Shown here: positions 28,283 to 29,000 of the stretch, in pieces
Position numbering within the stretch: the stretch's first letter is position 1
Layout: each line of letters opens with the position of its first letter
IMG/VR virus record: IMGVR_UViG_3300033067_000558
Location: 1 to 29,000 of that record
DNA: 29,000 bases
Source of the DNA: a virus
Taxonomy: Duplodnaviria; Caudoviricetes
Direction: 5' to 3' (one strand)
Notes under the pieces: generated by a model
The model's input: only the letters and a program-made list of their open reading frames with translations
Told to the model about the DNA's origin: nothing
The model's database searches: none
Position numbers and translations under genes: made by a program

Positions 28283-28357
28283 TTAACATTTTTTAGACTT
28301 ACCTTTAGCTTTGCCAGCAGGTGCTTTTCCTTTTTTATTCATCGGTACTTTAGCCAT
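28283..28357 (-). CDS. Lysine-rich micropeptide MAKVPMNKKGKAPAGKAKGKSKKC (24 aa), not in the ORF track
   Basis: TAAGGGG RBS 6 nt upstream of the ATG; its TAA stop overlaps the RBS of the next gene. Confidence 0.7.
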   Translation of the reverse strand: MAKVPMNKKGKAPAGKAKGKSKKC

Positions 28358-28769
28358 GATAGACCCCTTAAGTTATTGAAAAATAATATAAAATACAATA
28401 GTTAAAGTTATGTCCTCAGTTTCTTTTTATTAATGTTCAATTTCTGTACAAAATAAGTACCTAGTAGGATAGATATTTGGTGAGGGGGTACCGCTGATAA
28501 ACCGCCAAACCACTACTTTTTGCCTACCCCCACTAATTGTAATTCAATTTACCCCCAAAGTATAGTATCTACCCTTCGGTAGAACTATTACATGCCTATT
28601 AAGCTAGCTGAGACTATCTACAATCAACGATCTCAGTCTAGGACATACTACCCTATATGCTATGCTATTATCTAAGCTGAGACACGAGCTAATGGCGCTT
28701 AAATTTCCTAATGGCATAGGCCCCCTTAATTTATTTGTACCATATTGTTAAGAAACCGTAAAGTAAATG

Positions 28770-28778
28770 TGATATAAT
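28770..28778 (+). promoter_or_regulatory. Perfect extended -10 element (TG-A-TATAAT), rightward
   Basis: TGATATAAT in a non-coding region; no correctly spaced -35. Confidence 0.5.
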
Positions 28779-28806
28779 ATTGTAAAGCAATTGTAAATAT
28801 TCTTGT

Positions 28807-28815
28807 ATTATCTCA
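28807..28815 (-). promoter_or_regulatory. Extended -10-like element (TG-A-GATAAT), leftward toward the morphogenesis operon
   Basis: Inverted copy (12/13) of the rightward element and its flanks. Confidence 0.4.
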
Positions 28816-28934
28816 CATGTTATGCATATTAGGCTAGCAATTACCGTAGTTGTAGTGGAGTGAGATCTAGAAACACCCTCCATTTTCTACACTCTACACA
28901 CATATTATACACACAACACATTTATTGACCATCA

Positions 28935-29000
28935 CTACTTGTTATCTGACGCCGCCAAGGCGTCTGCTACTTGTTATCAGATGCTGCTAAAGCATCAGCT
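28935..29000. repeat. 32-bp tandem repeat with internal hairpin; two full units plus the first 2 nt of a possible third
   Basis: CTACTTGTTATCTGACGCCGCCAAGGCGTCTG / CTACTTGTTATCAGATGCTGCTAAAGCATCAG / CT; 25/32 identical. Confidence 0.88.

Noticed and set aside
386-28357. Stop-codon reassignment
   Set aside because: Core genes are full length in the standard code, and TAA, TGA and TAG all terminate genes at sensible positions.
28562-28588. N4-type virion RNA polymerase hairpin promoter
   Set aside because: The best stem has a 4-nt loop rather than a clean GNA triloop, and no giant virion RNA polymerase is encoded among the virion genes.
28935-29000. CRISPR array
   Set aside because: The units are directly adjacent, with no unique spacers between them.
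28358-29000. tRNA genes in the non-coding region
   Set aside because: No T-loop GTTCRA motif or cloverleaf recognised on either strand.

Overview
The window is an AT-rich segment of a tailed dsDNA phage (or prophage) genome with podovirus architecture. Positions 1-5099 (+ strand) hold a replication/recombination arm: an Ala/Ser/Trp-repeat protein, a family A DNA polymerase with several atypical motif residues, a PD-(D/E)XK nuclease, a RuvC-like resolvase, a Fis-like HTH protein and small ORFs. Positions 5208-28357 (- strand) form one tightly packed morphogenesis operon: basic micropeptide, holin-like protein, TerS, TerL, portal, GroES-like co-chaperonin, scaffold, capsid decoration, major capsid protein, beta-helix protein, Zn-ribbon/FN3 fusion, tail fibre and chaperone, P22-like adaptor and hub, second fibre, GNAT protein, three putative ejection proteins and a metallophosphoesterase. 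The last ~640 bp are non-coding and unusually organised. They contain a symmetric 98-bp element with face-to-face promoter-like motifs, several hairpins, a gapped motif shared with the 5.1 kb strand-switch region, and the start of a 32-bp tandem hairpin repeat with compensatory substitutions that runs off the window edge. I recognised no integrase, endolysin, primase/helicase, tRNA, reverse transcriptase or CRISPR array. All product calls come from motif recognition and gene order, not database searches.
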